A DNA stretch of 63,656 nucleotides, filler included, from Rhabdomonas costata (GCA_019059605.1; 40 parts of 40 records of this genome joined end to end with filler, not necessarily neighbours in it); one strand, 5' to 3'; positions 38,301 to 52,070 are shown, counted from the first letter of the whole stretch. Numbers and translations are program-made. The notes: generated by a model not told the origin, from the sequence alone.

Positions 38301-40298
38301 GGACCCCGGCCTGCCCTGCGCAGGCGAGGGGGACACGGCTGAGACAGGACTGAGGACCTCTGCACCAGTGCCCGGCTCACGCTGGTTAGGGCTACTCACA
38401 GAAGTGACAGGGGAAGGGTTAGCAAGGTTGGGTTCACTGGAGAGATCGGAGGGGAAGAAGGCGCTGGAGGGGCTTGAGGGAGGACGAATCTTCTGCACCA
38501 GCCGGCGCAGGGGATAGTTCGGGGTGAAGCCCGTGGGAGTCACGGAAAAGGAGTTCATGGGACTCGCACAAAACCTCTCCTGGACTTGCTTTGTGGGGAA
38601 GTCGCGGGAGAACAACGTTGCAGAGAACAGAAGGATTCCACAGGTGAAGGGACAAGAGGTAGGAAGACAACAAAACAAGATCGGCTTTCCTGAACAAGCG
38701 GAATTTGATAAGAACAAGATATCATCCAAAGGGGCTGTGCAGACCCCAAAAACCACGAAAATCTTGTGGAGGTTTACAGGAATGGGACTACAGGAACCAG
38801 GCTGCGCAAATCCTGCCTGCATGCAATGACATTATATCGAGGTGGCAATTGCTAAAACGTAGAAAAGACCCACCCAGTTGTCGGAAGAGCATTGACTAGA
38901 CGCATCCACGGCATCTATGTAGCGTCAAACCGCTTGCAAAGCACTCCTAGGCACCTTTTAACACAACAAAGGCACCTAAAGTGAAAAGTTCAGACGCAAC
39001 CGTCTGCCGCAACGTACATCTTTAATACTCTGCGAGTCGTTCAGTTCAGTCGGTGTTGTCCTCTCCAAAGCTAACAGGATGAAAAAATGAACAGACAGAG
39101 CAATTTCACCACAGTCGAACGAGGGGGCCGCGTTCGGGTGGTGGGGGGCGGGGGTATGCGCGCAGGTATGACCCTCCACTCGCGGCGGCAGTGGCCGGTG
39201 AAGGGAGAGGCATGGAAGAAATTCGAAGGTGGCCACCGCGGCGGAGAGGCCACCAGACGCCGGCGATGGAGCATCGTAGGCGACATTCGAGAAGACAGAG
39301 AGAGAACGCGAATGAAGAGAATGGGTAACGGTGACAATGGGACAAGAACGTGAAAAAACTGCACGGGCCCCGGGACGATGCGGTGTCCGTGCAGAGAGGC
39401 ACTTCCATTCATGCCATTCCAAGCCTCCCTCTCATTCACGCGTCAGGGCTCCCACGGTGGGAACGTCGGGCTTGGTCTCCTCGTCAAAGTCAGTATCCAA
39501 CCTGCGAGCGCAGAAGTGGATGAAGGGCCAGAAGCTCTGAACGGGAAACGTGGTTGCTTCCCGATACCCAGCAGCAATTGTCTCGCGGAGGCAGCAAAAT
39601 GATGACCATTTACGGTGAAGGCCAACGTTCCGGCTACGGCTGAGCGCCTACGCACTCCATGTAATTTGTCCATTTTCGCGGCCATGTTCCAGTTGCAGAC
39701 CGTACACTGGACCAGAGAGAAACTTGAAAATGCGTGGATAGAGCATGACAACACCACANNNNNNNNNNNNNNNNNNNNNNNNNNNNNNNNNNNNNNNNNN
39801 NNTTAATTAATTAANNNNNNNNNNNNNNNNNNNNNNNNNNNNNNNNNNNNNNNNNNNNGGTTGGTTGTCTGCCATTGGGCAGATTTGCTCAATGGCACTA
39901 AATGGTTATGAAAAACTCGCTTCATCTTTGAATATTGTATCGTCAATAATGGGTTAATAATGGCTGAACTTTGACGCTAACGCAGTGAATTTAATACTTT
40001 TATGGTACGTGGCTAAGGATAAGGAGGCTGTGCACCAAGTTCCTTGACGTGCAAAAAGTTCTTTGCATATTCAAACATTCACATTGCAAACCAAGGGGTG
40101 TCGTTCAGATCGGATCTCGCCGTACTCAGCTTCACTTTTGACATACTTTTGCGCTTGGGAAATGCATAGGTCTCAATGGTCTAAATCGCCAATTGGCAAC
40201 TTTGACAATTCCCAATAGGAGTTTTGCAATGAAGGTTGCCTTTTCCTTCTGTTCTATTGGGACCACTTTTGGAACCTCTTCCTTTGGTGGGGTTTCAG

Positions 40299-41326
40299 GC
40301 TTATCTACACGGAAATCTTCGGCAAGTACCTGCTTGAGATTGAGACGTACATCATCGCTCACCTGAAACCAAAGGTGCCCAGCTTTGACCTGGAAGAGTT
40401 CATGGAGATCCTTGAGGAGCGTCATTTGGAGGTCAGCGTGGTCCTCCTTCCGTGGCTCCCGTCGTGGTGTGAGGTAGCTTGGCAATCGATGTGCATGACC
40501 CAAACCAGCCAGTGCGCATGACGACCCATGTTCTTCTTAACCTCAAAATGAGGGCTGTAGTATATTAGACGCCCTCCCACCCGTTCCTCACTTTTGCGTG
40601 GCGACGTTACTCCCATTGTGTATGTATGTGTATTGTGTATGGCGATCGCCTTGCCTGGATAGTGTTGCAACTCATTTTTTACGTAGCGATTTCAAAAGTG
40701 TTGTGGCTGGCTTGCGGGTGATGCAGCTGGGATTCTTATGGAATCTTTTGCAGATGTTTAGGGGAGGCGTTGCACGTGTCCCCTGGGATTTCGTTGGGTT
40801 TCTCCAGGATGCTCCGCTGCGCTTTGCGGCCGAAGATCCTAGGTACTACTATACTTCTGGATCCGGCATCCCTATTGTTCGCTAAGCACTTTCGGAACTG
40901 TGGGGACGGCACCGCACTTTTAAAACTGAAGAGAGACAAAACCGTACCCAAAGCGCCCATAGGGGATTGTAGGAGGTTTTCTTCAATTGTCTCCTGATTC
41001 AGGTCAGCAGCGATGTGCTGGATGTTCTGGCCAGCATGAGTGACTTTGAGGCTTTCAAAGCCCTCATCTTGGCTGTCCGCCATGAGGAGGACGACCTGGA
41101 TGAGCGCCTCGAGGAGGCTTTGCTGAACTTTTACTCCGCGGACCCCATTGTGCCGGACGCGGCTGGCAGTAGCAGCAGCAGTGACAGCAGTGGCAGCGGC
41201 AGCTCTTCCGCATCCTCTTCCAGTTCCTCGTCAACCGTGTTGTCAGCACAGTCAGCGTCTACTTCGGATGGCGCTGGTGCGGGGTCTCGGGGCGGGGCAA
41301 GCGCTGCCCGAGGACCTCCTAGATGA
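40299..41326 (+). CDS. ARL2BP: ARL2-binding protein (BART domain), last two exons (40299-40431, 41003-41326), with Ser-rich tail
   Basis: LIYTEIFGKYLLEIETYIIAHL..KVPSFDLEEF...E|VSSDVLDVLASMSDFEAFKALIL is collinear with BART (LIYTPIFNEY..VEKYI...IPEFNM...DIFDMLLTFTDFLAFK). Confidence 0.88.
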
Positions 41327-41863
41327 TTCCAATGTACACAAAAAGGCTGCAGNNNNNNNNNNNNNNNNNNNNNNNNNNNNNNNNNNNNNNNNNNNNTTAA
41401 TTAATTAANNNNNNNNNNNNNNNNNNNNNNNNNNNNNNNNNNNNNNNNNNNNGTGGGGTTGGGAAAGGAGCTACCGGGTCATGGCAGCACGGCTTTGTCT
41501 TGCAGAACTTTTGGATTTTGATTTTTTGCAGTATGTTTAACTTTTTTAGTTTAGGAAAGGATTTCGAATGATCCAATGGGGGTCACTGACGTTGGTTAGC
41601 AATACATCAATGATCTCTCAGAGAAAGTTCCCTGGCCGAGCAACAGAGCATCTAAAAGGGAATCCGCCGGAGCGGAGGAGTTGGGACGCCGAAACCCCCC
41701 ACTTGACATTATCCGGAACCTGCTTTGGGCGTGCGGGAAGTATAGGAACGTCAGCTATCAATTTATGATGGCGATCATTGCCGTTGTCATGTCGCTGCCA
41801 TTGTAAAGTGTGGTGCTTTTTTGGGGTAGGGGGGGGGGGGGTGATGGCTGCTCCTTCCATACT

Positions 41864-42104
41864 CTGGGCGGAGGTCCTTGGGAAACCTCACTGGCGCATT
41901 GGAACCGCGGTTGATAGGCGTCTAACCTTGTGCACTCGCCCAACACGTCAGCTTCACACACTACGTGCACAGGGCATTGTTTTGGTGGTCTTTTTTTTCT
42001 TTTTCTGCCTCCAGCGGGATTTCAAATGCTCTCCCGCAGCCTGGCCGCTTCTCGGTACGGATCACCCCTCTGCTGCTGGGCGGAGGTTCTCGGGAAACCT
42101 CAGC

Positions 42105-42143
<39 letters not shown>

Positions 42144-42210
42144 CGTACACAAGGAGTTTGCTATGGTGGAGGTCTTTCTCCCTCTAGCGGGCTTGCAATT
42201 CTCTCCGCGT
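41864..42210. repeat. Diverged tandem duplication containing (CA)17 microsatellite (42107-42140)
   Basis: ctgggcggaggt...gggaaacctca at 41864 and 42076 is followed by shared gcttca(ca)n-ctacgt and cct.agcggg blocks. Confidence 0.85.
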
Positions 42211-43358
42211 GCCTTGCTGCTTCTCACACCTCACGCGTGCACATGAACAGACGAGGTTCTGGGCCTTAATCGGACTTAACGATTCGACGGCCACGGACAA
42301 AACATTTAATCAGATCAGCACGATAGACCTGAATCTCGATACGGCGCTCTGGAAGGCTGCTCAGTAACACAAGGTGGGGGAGTGCAAAAACAGGGGTTTT
42401 GGAATCAGAGGGTGTAGCACCGAGTAGCTCCTCAAGCTTGCTTCAGTACTACACCAGCCAAGCTAAAAAAGCGAGTGGAGTCACGGAGACGAACATTTGA
42501 ACACTAAACCTGGAAAGGAACTCCGAGGCCGCGCATGAGCTGAGATTACACAGCCCCGAGAGCCTTACCGCATCTCATGTGAGTGGAAAATGGGCTGAGG
42601 GGAGAGCAATAAGACAGAAAAAAACAAAGAATGAAAAAAAGAAGAAGAGGCCGGGCTGAGCAGAAAAGGAAAAAGTATGACATAAGAGAAGATAGCGAGC
42701 TCAAACAAGCGAAGTGAAAGCTTGTAGAGCCGCGGGAAACATAAGCTGATTCGTTTCCGCCGAAGTGGCTAACTCTGCTCGGACAGACCGACAACAAAAA
42801 ACCAAGGTCCCGCCTTGAACTCATTGAGCCAAAATACTGACCACTGTCACACCGTGACCATGCCACCAACATGAAACACGGTGACTCCAGCGAACAAACG
42901 AGGGTCGGGACGGTAACAGATAAAGAGATTCCTGGATAACACCACACANNNNNNNNNNNNNNNNNNNNNNNNNNNNNNNNNNNNNNNNNNNNTTAATTAA
43001 TTAANNNNNNNNNNNNNNNNNNNNNNNNNNNNNNNNNNNNNNNNNNNNGGGTTTGTGTGTGTACGTTCAGCAAACCCCGCCTTATCGACCACCGTTAGTT
43101 TCTCGCAAGTGTCCTTGTGCTCTAGAATTCTTTCCCAGCGCACAGGCTATGCGCTTGAGGAGAAAATTTCACCTTCCGTCTTCTGCTCTGCTTCGCTTTT
43201 GGAGGTTGCCCTGATATTTTGACTTCGGAAAGGTAAATTATCACATGGTAAAGCTGCACAGGATATTCCCCTCACCTAAAAGTTCAGCAAAGTCATGCTT
43301 GGAAAAAGTGGATTGTTTTCCCATGAGGCTGAGATTGTCGTTGCGGTTGGTCGTTCAG

Positions 43359-44213
43359 GTGATGGCCTGCCGCGATGACGGCAGCACTCCGCTTTACCTC
43401 GCCTCGCTGAACGGTCACCTGCGGGTGGTGCAGTTCCTCTTCCCCTTAGTTGGCCAGGTGTCGCTTGGTTTCATCGTCTTTTTTTGTTCTTCTCGCAAAT
43501 CTTAACCCCTCCTCCAGTGAGGTCACCACCGAGTCTTGTCACATATATTCCATGTCAACTTTGCGTTGGCATCGCATATGGCCACCGTTTATTTCTTGTC
43601 TTTATTAATTCCTTAACATCCTCCTCCGCATTAAAAGTACTCATTGAACTCAGTATTAGGGACCAGGTGCACTTTTTTGCGAATGCACTTAAGAGCACGA
43701 GTATTATTTTTACGCCGTGGAAAAAAGGCAAACCTGGGGTTGGCATATTTGGAGCTCCCCGTTTCAATTCCTCTTCATTGCGCAATTTTTGACCACAAAA
43801 AAGGTGTGTCTTTCCCTCACAAATCCGCTTATGGCTGCAAAAAAAAATGCGCGTCTCGGCATGATGGTTGTACGTTTTGGGTGAGCCACGGTACCGATCA
43901 GGTTTTGAAGACTCTTTTGCTTTCATGGAGCACCTTTGTGCACGCCGAACCCCGCTCTAAGCAAGGAATCTGGGGCATTCACCCCCCCCCCCTTTTTTTT
44001 TCTGAACCTGGCTTCTGAATATAACCGCCTCGGAGCCGAGGGAGGGTGTGGTATCCGGTGTTGTCCGGTTTGCTTGCCTTCATAATGATTTTGGTGAAAA
44101 GGAGAATGTGTGAATGAGAATGCTCAGAGTGGTTTCTTTGGGATGTCGTCATTCAGGACTCTCCCCACATCGCGCTGGCGGTGTATATTGCGGCACACAA
44201 TGGCCACACGGAG
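43359..44213 (+). CDS. Ankyrin-repeat protein fragment (exons 43359-43457, 44157-44213)
   Basis: DGSTPLYLASLNGHLRVVQFL and AVYIAAHNGHTE match the ankyrin consensus. Phase-0 GT-AG junctions. Confidence 0.9.
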
Positions 44214-45230
44214 GTATTTGGTTTGCTCTCATCTCTCTGGTTTATGCGCACTCCTGACCCAGTGGCCAGAAGGACTGTTATTGGTCCCTTGCCCTGGCAT
44301 GTGGCTCTATTTCTGAAGATCGGTCGAAAGCAATTGCATTGATCACCCGAAGCATGGAAGCATAGAAAATAGCCGCATCGGTTTAAATGTCACCCGTATG
44401 CTTGGTTGATGGCGTTACCCACAATGCGAACTTTTTCGTCGCTGCGACAGCTCAAATCTCACGATCACTGTATTCTCATAATTATGATGTGCACATTTCT
44501 CTTCTTGGCTATTTTTGGGTGAGTGGCCTGCCCACCCCCACCNNNNNNNNNNNNNNNNNNNNNNNNNNNNNNNNNNNNNNNNNNNNTTAATTAATTAANN
44601 NNNNNNNNNNNNNNNNNNNNNNNNNNNNNNNNNNNNNNNNNNGGGTGGTGGGGGCAACGCCACCACGGGTTGGGCGCTCACCTTCGTTACCGACAATCCG
44701 ACAGTGCCACCTGTCAGCTGGACCGGTGCCGCATGCGTGCTTGCATGTGCAGCCCTGCTGCTGTGTTTTTGTGGTTGTGTAGTTTTAAGCGGGTTTTTTT
44801 TTACACCAGTCACTGATGTGTATGGCCTTCCTATAGAATTATGGGAGTAAGGACAAACCGGGCCCGAACACAAGGGCCAAGCGGCCGCATCGCCACTGAT
44901 CGCGCCGATCTCTTTTTGTGGTAGCTTAGTGTGGCAGAAGCTAACCACATCAATCAAAAGTGCTTCACATATTGCGCTGCATACCCCTCAGCGGCTCTCA
45001 CTGCCACTTTCCCCATTCAGTGACCGGGCAAATATGCCAAAACCGATATGTTCATGTTTTCGAATCATGTCGTTGATGCGTTAATTTTCCTGCCACATGG
45101 CCTGCTATTTCCGAGGGAGTGTGATTTTGTCTGCGAAGGTTGTTGACGAATCTGAAAAAGGAAAGAGTGCAAACGTATAAAATGGCTGGATAGTGCCTTT
45201 TCTTTCACAGAGAGGCTGACTGCGCTGCAG

Positions 45231-45339
45231 GTCACGGGCTACATCTGCTTATCCGCGCAAGCCCTGTACGTCGTCCCGGGCGCGCTGTATGTGGCTGGGG
45301 TGATGTTGGCCTCCGACTTCAGCGACTACGGCGTCGCAG
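45231..45339 (+). CDS. Exon of unknown beta-rich (possibly extracellular) protein
   Basis: ctgcag| VTGYICLSAQALYVVPGALYVAGVMLASDFSDYGVA |gtacgt, with strong splice sites and high GC3. Confidence 0.5.
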
Positions 45340-46464
45340 GTACGTGTATGTGTGTGCATATTGGTTCAGGTTCACCATTGCATATCAGGCCCCCGCCTCG
45401 AGGACTGGGCGACCCTCGTTCTCCCCAGCAGTCCTCCCCAGAACCAAATTCACCTTTTAAAGTGCACAAAATGTGTGTGCTTGAGTTTCTATTTTTGTCC
45501 TTCGTTGTGTGTCGGGGGGGGGCTTTCCTTCCTGGGTGAATTCCGAGTTGAGCCCCCTGGAACCGGAGCCGGAGCCCGACCGAACCGGAGGACCTGACAG
45601 GGGGCACGATGACTTCAACCACTTTTGCCAGCTGAGGTCCATAAATGGGAGAGGGTATTCTCCTGGGTTTTGTATACTGGCACCTTCCCAGAGACATGGC
45701 TGCATCCTACGTCCAGTTATGGGATGTTGAAAGGTCCATTGTGGACCTTTCAAGGCCTTTTCGATTTAATGATTGATACGTACCAACAACCGACGAGAAG
45801 ACTACAAAATAGCTGTTGGCACAATCGGGGCACCGGAGGTGTACCAATTGACTTGAAACAGGCAGTCAAACCCGAAAGGAAGAAATAGCAGCATTCCGGC
45901 CCTCTCCCATGCCAGCCTGATGTTGCTTTCTCTTTGGAAGCACCAAAAGCCGCATCTTGTCGCAAGTCACAGTCTCACCTCCGTGAGCGAAGTAAAACAG
46001 GATTTTTCCTCCTCCAGCGTGGGTAGGAACGGGAGGCGTGCAAGACTCTCCCCATCGCGTATCTGCCTGTATGACCCGCCGCCACAGTTGCCCGGCTGTC
46101 TCTGACGGACCCCACAACCAACCACACCCAACACCNNNNNNNNNNNNNNNNNNNNNNNNNNNNNNNNNNNNNNNNNNNNTTAATTAATTAANNNNNNNNN
46201 NNNNNNNNNNNNNNNNNNNNNNNNNNNNNNNNNNNGTTGGTTGTTTGGCTTGTCCCCGCGGGTACTGTAAACGGGCGCTCTTGGGCTGTGTTGGGGAATG
46301 AGATTGCTAATGATTGGTATGGGTATTTTTGTGGGAGGGGGAGGTATTGGTTCAGCAGTTCATACCGCTCATTTCGTTTACATATCTCATGCTACAAAGC
46401 ACTGGTACGAGGGTGATTGCATCGTACCGTGCAGTATAACAATAGCACTGCTTTTCCTTGTAAG

Positions 46465-46584
46465 GTGTGGTTTCAAGCTGCGGTGGCCTCAACCGACACC
46501 GTCACCCCTGTGGCGATCTTCACCGAAGTTGTTCCGGATCAGGGTGCGTGGAGAACTGTGCTGGTCGCCCCTATTGTGGCGCCG
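46465..46584 (+). CDS. Probable exon of unknown protein
   Basis: ccttgtaag| VWFQAAVASTDTVTPVAIFTEVVPDQGAWRTVLVAPIVAP |gtgcgc, 120 nt, phase 0. Confidence 0.4.
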
Positions 46585-49081
46585 GTGCGCCGGCCTGGTG
46601 ACGCAGCGCCCTTTGCGGTCGCGGCGATGTTCTTCGATCTGCAGCGAGTGGACCTTATGCTGAAAATGGTTGCCCGAGATTTGCTTTCTTCAATTTTTGT
46701 GCGGGGAGGGGGGGGGGGTATTAGGGTTTGTTAGCTCCCTTTTTCTGCTCATAGCCCAAAGCAGAAAAGCAGCAGAAAAGCAGAAAATGCTCAAAGAAGA
46801 ACTCAAAACCACCGGGACCTGACTTCTGGGTGAGAATGTTGACTTTGCCTGCCACACTGAACGGGAAGCTTTCGCGGATGAGGTTTAGGTATTGAACATG
46901 GTTTTAGTATGACTGTGTTCAAGGAAATTTGGGGCTGTTACCCCTACTAACCGGTCCCGCGCCCGATTTCTTACCGTGTGTGAGGGTGGAATGTAATTCA
47001 GCTGTTGTTGTGGAAGTTTGTGATACGCTATGATATGCTGCGGGGGGGGATACACTGTCCCAGTCAGTGGGCAAGGGTACCGCAGGTCGGCACACCAGAG
47101 GTGTTGGGCGTGAGATGTGTATCTCGAACAAAGCTGTTCTGAGTGTTCTGGGTGATGTTGTTGATGTTATGTGCGGCTGTGCACAGGTGAATGTGCTGGG
47201 ACATCGGTTTGTACGTAGTGGTTGTGGGGTTGACTGTCTGCAATACTTTGGTGCCAGATGTGATGTTACAAACCACCGTAACGAAACCCACTTTTGAAAT
47301 GCTGTCGTTGTCTGCGCCGCACTGTGAACCCTGGACAATGGATTCACTAGTGCGGTGACACCGGAGGGATTTTGTTGTGTGCATCTGTTTCCATCACATT
47401 TTTGAAGTCGCGGTTCTGTAGAATCGCCACGGAGAAGTCCGGTTGGCGCTGCTAATCGCCTAAATTTTAGCAAGGGCTATGGATGGTTGTGAGTGCCTAT
47501 GAAATCGTTCGCTCGGGCGACCCTGAGTTCATCACTTCAAGGTTGGTTGTGTTCGGTGCGAGCCGTGGCTGTGGTGACGCGCTGATCTCAAAGTTAAACT
47601 TTCGGGCTGTTGTCACACCGTCACACTCTTGTCACACCGTTAAACGTTTAATGCCCAAATCTTTTGTGCTATCAGCTCAGTGACCCCCTTCTGGGTACGG
47701 TAATTTTTCTGGTCGACGCCATCACGGGNNNNNNNNNNNNNNNNNNNNNNNNNNNNNNNNNNNNNNNNNNNNTTAATTAATTAANNNNNNNNNNNNNNNN
47801 NNNNNNNNNNNNNNNNNNNNNNNNNNNNGCAGAGGAAAGCAGAAGAAAGGGGGGCTTTAAGCGAAGTTCAAAACAGTGCCACAGTCAGGAAGCCGCGAAG
47901 TTATGCCCAAAAAGTTTCCATTTTTTGGCGTCTGGTTATAAGGAATTATCAAGATCCAGGAGGGGTGGTACCCTTTGTTGGTTTTTCTTTTCCAGTGCAA
48001 CCCTTCAACAATATGGAAGGAAAGAACCCATTAAACTCCCCACCCCCCCTCGAAAAAGCCACCAAAATATCATAGATCCTGGTATGAGGACTCCTTCGAA
48101 TTCGGAGTGGCGTCAAAAGCGCTGTATGTGTGGAAACTTTTTGTGTAGGAATAATCTTTATATGTATCCACCGCGTCACCCCTTCAGATGAGTGGAAAAG
48201 CTTTTCAGCGCACCAGATTTTCGGTGTTTTCCGCCTCAATGTGACGTGTGATACAGAGATGGTTGCAAAGACTTTGTAGATAAGGATGCACGGGTTACTG
48301 CTTGCCTTCTCTTAGTCTTATACCTTAGCATTCATCTGCAGTGTTGGAGTTGTCTTCTGTGAAGCGTGCGTGGCATGCTTCCCGTGCCTTTCTGGGCAAC
48401 CTTTGACTCACATCCCTTACCCTTTTAAGGTGGAATCACCACCGTTTCTGGTCGGAACGTTGCTTTTTGTTGGTCAATCGAACTGCACTCTTTGACATTG
48501 GCTTTGGGGGCAGAGCCGTGATTATTCAGTTGCCTCTGAGATGCAAGTGCCATTGGGCCCCCCGGCAGCTGATGGCGCCGTGTCCAGGTTTGTTGTTTTT
48601 GATGTCATGATGTTGGTCTTGAAAGGTAGGTTTCGAATTTCACCGCCGGTGTCCTTTATATCGAATCTTGGTTTGCCCGCGCAAGTCGCAAAAAAAGCTT
48701 CTGCCGAATTTCATCGTTGACTTGCAATCGAGAAGGCTTGAGCAGCAGACATAGATATTGGTAAGATTATCAAAGCTCAGTCAGTAGTTGCACACACCAA
48801 TCCGGCATCTTTGCCGAGTTAGATGTGGAATCCATTTGATGCTATTTGAGGTTTATTATCGAAGCCTTGTGTGGACATTGTATGGGAGTTCTAGGTGAAG
48901 GTCACTTTGAGCTGCTGCTTTCGGTTGAGTTTGCCTTAACTGGATGAAGTACCCCTTCAGTTGTGGCGGGTTGGGTTGTACCAGCAGCAGCAGCCAATTT
49001 GCATTCCACCAAACGAATGTTTCACCAAGTAGTCTTTGTTTTTCTGTTTTCTGTTTTCTTGTTTTGGTGGCGTCTTGCGGC

Positions 49082-49321
49082 ATGGCGGCCTCTTCGTTTG
49101 AGTTTCAGTGTACCCACACCCCATTTAAGCCCGTGATTGACATCCAAGAGCTTCTCCAAACCGCACGCACCGGAGACCTTTTGCTATTGTCGGGCAAGGA
49201 CCCAAAACACATCATTATTCAAGTTTTCACCCTTTCCCGCTGGACACACCTCGGCATGATCGTCCGGGACCCCGACCCCGAGTTGCTGCAGAAGTACGGC
49301 TGGACGGGGAAACCCAACACC
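49082..49321 (+). CDS. Permuted papain-like NlpC/P60 amidase (YiiX/YebB-like) N-terminus
   Basis: ARTGDLLLLSG...IIQVFTLSRWTHLGMIVRDP matches GDLLLF.G...I...T.S.W(S/T)H(V/L)G, with the catalytic His preceding the Cys. Truncated by the contig end. Confidence 0.8.
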
Positions 49322-52070
49322 NNNNNNNNNNNNNNNNNNNNNNNNNNNNNNNNNNNNNNNNNNNNTTAATTAATTAANNNNNNNNNNNNNNNNNNNNNNN
49401 NNNNNNNNNNNNNNNNNNNNNACATTGCCTCCCTTCATGGTATGTGAAGTAGATCACACTACGAATTGTCCAGGCTGGAGGGAACGAAAAACAATGCCGT
49501 GTGTAGATGTTGAAGTCCATTCGAGATTTTGTAGGATGAGCGCTTGGAGTTTGAAAGCAAATCCATAGCATTAAAAACGTTTGAATTTCCGGTGTAGGTT
49601 TAACGTATGAAATGCCTGTTTTCCGGAGCACATCACGAAGCAGAATACTGAGCAGGGCTCCAGGTGCACAGCGCCCTGGGTGATCCCCAGTGCGCGTGCA
49701 CATTGCCTTTGTATGCTGGTCCGAGTACGCTCCCTCTTAGTAGGCGGTCCCAAAGCATTTGTCAGTCCGTGTGAGAGTCCGAGGCTTGCCCCCTGAAAGT
49801 TTGGTTTTTGCGCGTGGTCGTCTTTTCCCTTCAGTGTGGACTGAGGAGCCTGGATGAGTTTCAGCTGAATGGGGGGGGGGGTTCCCAACACGGGATTGTG
49901 CAGTTTCCCTCCGAGCGTCCTCCCACCCTTCCCACTGCATCTTATCTTAAATGCAAAAGTGACCACGGCAGAATAGGAAAAGTCGACCACAAAATCTGGA
50001 AGGCTCGAAATCTGCACGCAGATGAGAAGGGACCGAACTTCCAAGGAGGAATGTTGGAGTGTGTATGAACTAGCGCCCCCATAAGGATAGGGAGACGAGG
50101 AATCCCTAAGTTCTCGCTATGACCACAACAAACCCAATCGCAGGTGCAGCAGGCATGAGGGTGGGGGGTAACGGTTGTAGTTGGTAACGGTTACTAGTCG
50201 TAGTAATCTTTACATGGGCAATGTATGCTTGGGCAAATAGGCAATATACATATCTCTATATCAGTAAAGGCCCCGCAGATCACGTTCACGCCCCGCTGCA
50301 GCTGCCCGCTCCAGTTGCAACGCGGACTGGTTTACAGCGCTAAACAATTGTTGTCCTACTTGCCCGCCCATATCCCAGCCATGGGTTAGGATTTGATGTG
50401 CGAACTAAGAACAACTCATCTTGGGAACACTGGAGCAGGTCATACAACCCCCTAACACAAATAAAGGCACGTTGAGGGTGCTGCATTAGCTTTGTAACCT
50501 TTTGCCAGTTAAAATAAGAACAAGGTTTAATAATTTTTCTGTGACCGCTTGGACGACGTTAGGCGCAGCTCTTGGAGGCGGGAAACATCCTGGCAGCCTT
50601 GTATTCTTTCCCCGGCAGTCATAATAAGGGCGGGATACCGAGGCGCTTGCTGTTTTGGGTATCACGTCCTGCCATTTGTTTATTCTTTCATTCTTTCATT
50701 CTTTCAGACTCATCATAACCTTTTTGCAGTCTCGCCAGGGGGTTGTTTTATTCGACGTTTTTTTCTGGCTCTGGTTTTCTCTCTTGGCCTGTTCCCCTTT
50801 GTCGCTTCGGACTCGTTGCTGTTGTCCTTCCTGCCGCCCTTGTCCTTCCTGCTTCCCCTGTAGAACGAACTTTCCAGTTTTCCGGTTGAACACCACCTCT
50901 GCCCCCCCCCACNNNNNNNNNNNNNNNNNNNNNNNNNNNNNNNNNNNNNNNNNNNNTTAATTAATTAANNNNNNNNNNNNNNNNNNNNNNNNNNNNNNNN
51001 NNNNNNNNNNNNGTGGAGCAGGGGTGCCAAAAGCATGCACCGCACCCCGACAAGGGTTCTGGCGTCGGTTTGGGAGGACACAGAGTTTTTGTACATAAGC
51101 CTGGGACCCGTGGGGCTGGCGGAGAGTCTTGGCCTGTGTCTGGTACCGTACTGTTGACCGGCACCCCACGTCTGACAACAGAGCTATAGAACCCAGGCTG
51201 CGCGCGTCTTAGGTTAGGGGCAGCTTTTCTTTTCTTTCCATCTTCGCTCTCCTTAACATGTGTGTGCGTGTTTCTCTTCTGTCTGTACATCGCACAAACA
51301 TACACAAACACTAACAAACAGACACAACTGTCCCTAAATCAAAGAAGAGAACCAACAAGCGCCCGCAACGGCGTATTGTGGTAAACTCCGCAACCATGCA
51401 ACTTTTTTTTCCACTTTTTTGGGGGTTGCAAATACCAAGTTCTCAGTTCAAGTAAGTGCGAGATCTTCGTGTTGCAGGAGTTGTTGGAGCAGCTGGAAGG
51501 GAAAAAGCAACTTGCCCCCTTTCGGGTTCATTTTTACTACAAGGTCCCTCCAAGGGCTGAAGTGAATTTGCCTCTCAAGAGCGGGCTAATGCGTTAGTAC
51601 TCTTAATCAAAACCGCTTTTTGTGGAGGTTATTCAAGGTGGGTGGGGCGTCTGCACAACCCTGCCCCCAACCCTGTTTTTGTGTTTTTAAGATTGCGGAT
51701 GTCGGCTGATGAAATTTCAAGCTTGGATTCTAACACCTGGACATCTGGACTAAAGCCTGGGATCACCAGTAATCACCAGGCTCTTGAAAATTCCCCTCAC
51801 CCAAGTTGATCAAAATTTCAACCGAACGAGAAAGTTGGCAAGGCCGCTGAGCGAAAGTACCAACCAAGAGATGTTAAATGATATGAATGAGGGCTAAGAG
51901 CAGGCCTGGGGTCTTTTGTACGTATGTACATTGAGCGAGCGGAAACACCACCACCCTTGACCCACCCCCATGGAAGAATGCCTAACCATTTTCGAAAAAC
52001 GTATGAAATCGCGATTTAAATTTCAATTGATGTGTCGCTTGTGTGACAGCTTTTCTCATCTTTTTGCATC

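Noticed and set aside
38265..38600. GFTPNYPLRRLV resembling the end of a RING/U-box domain
   Set aside because: The upstream Cys/U-box core could not be found and the exon boundary is unclear.
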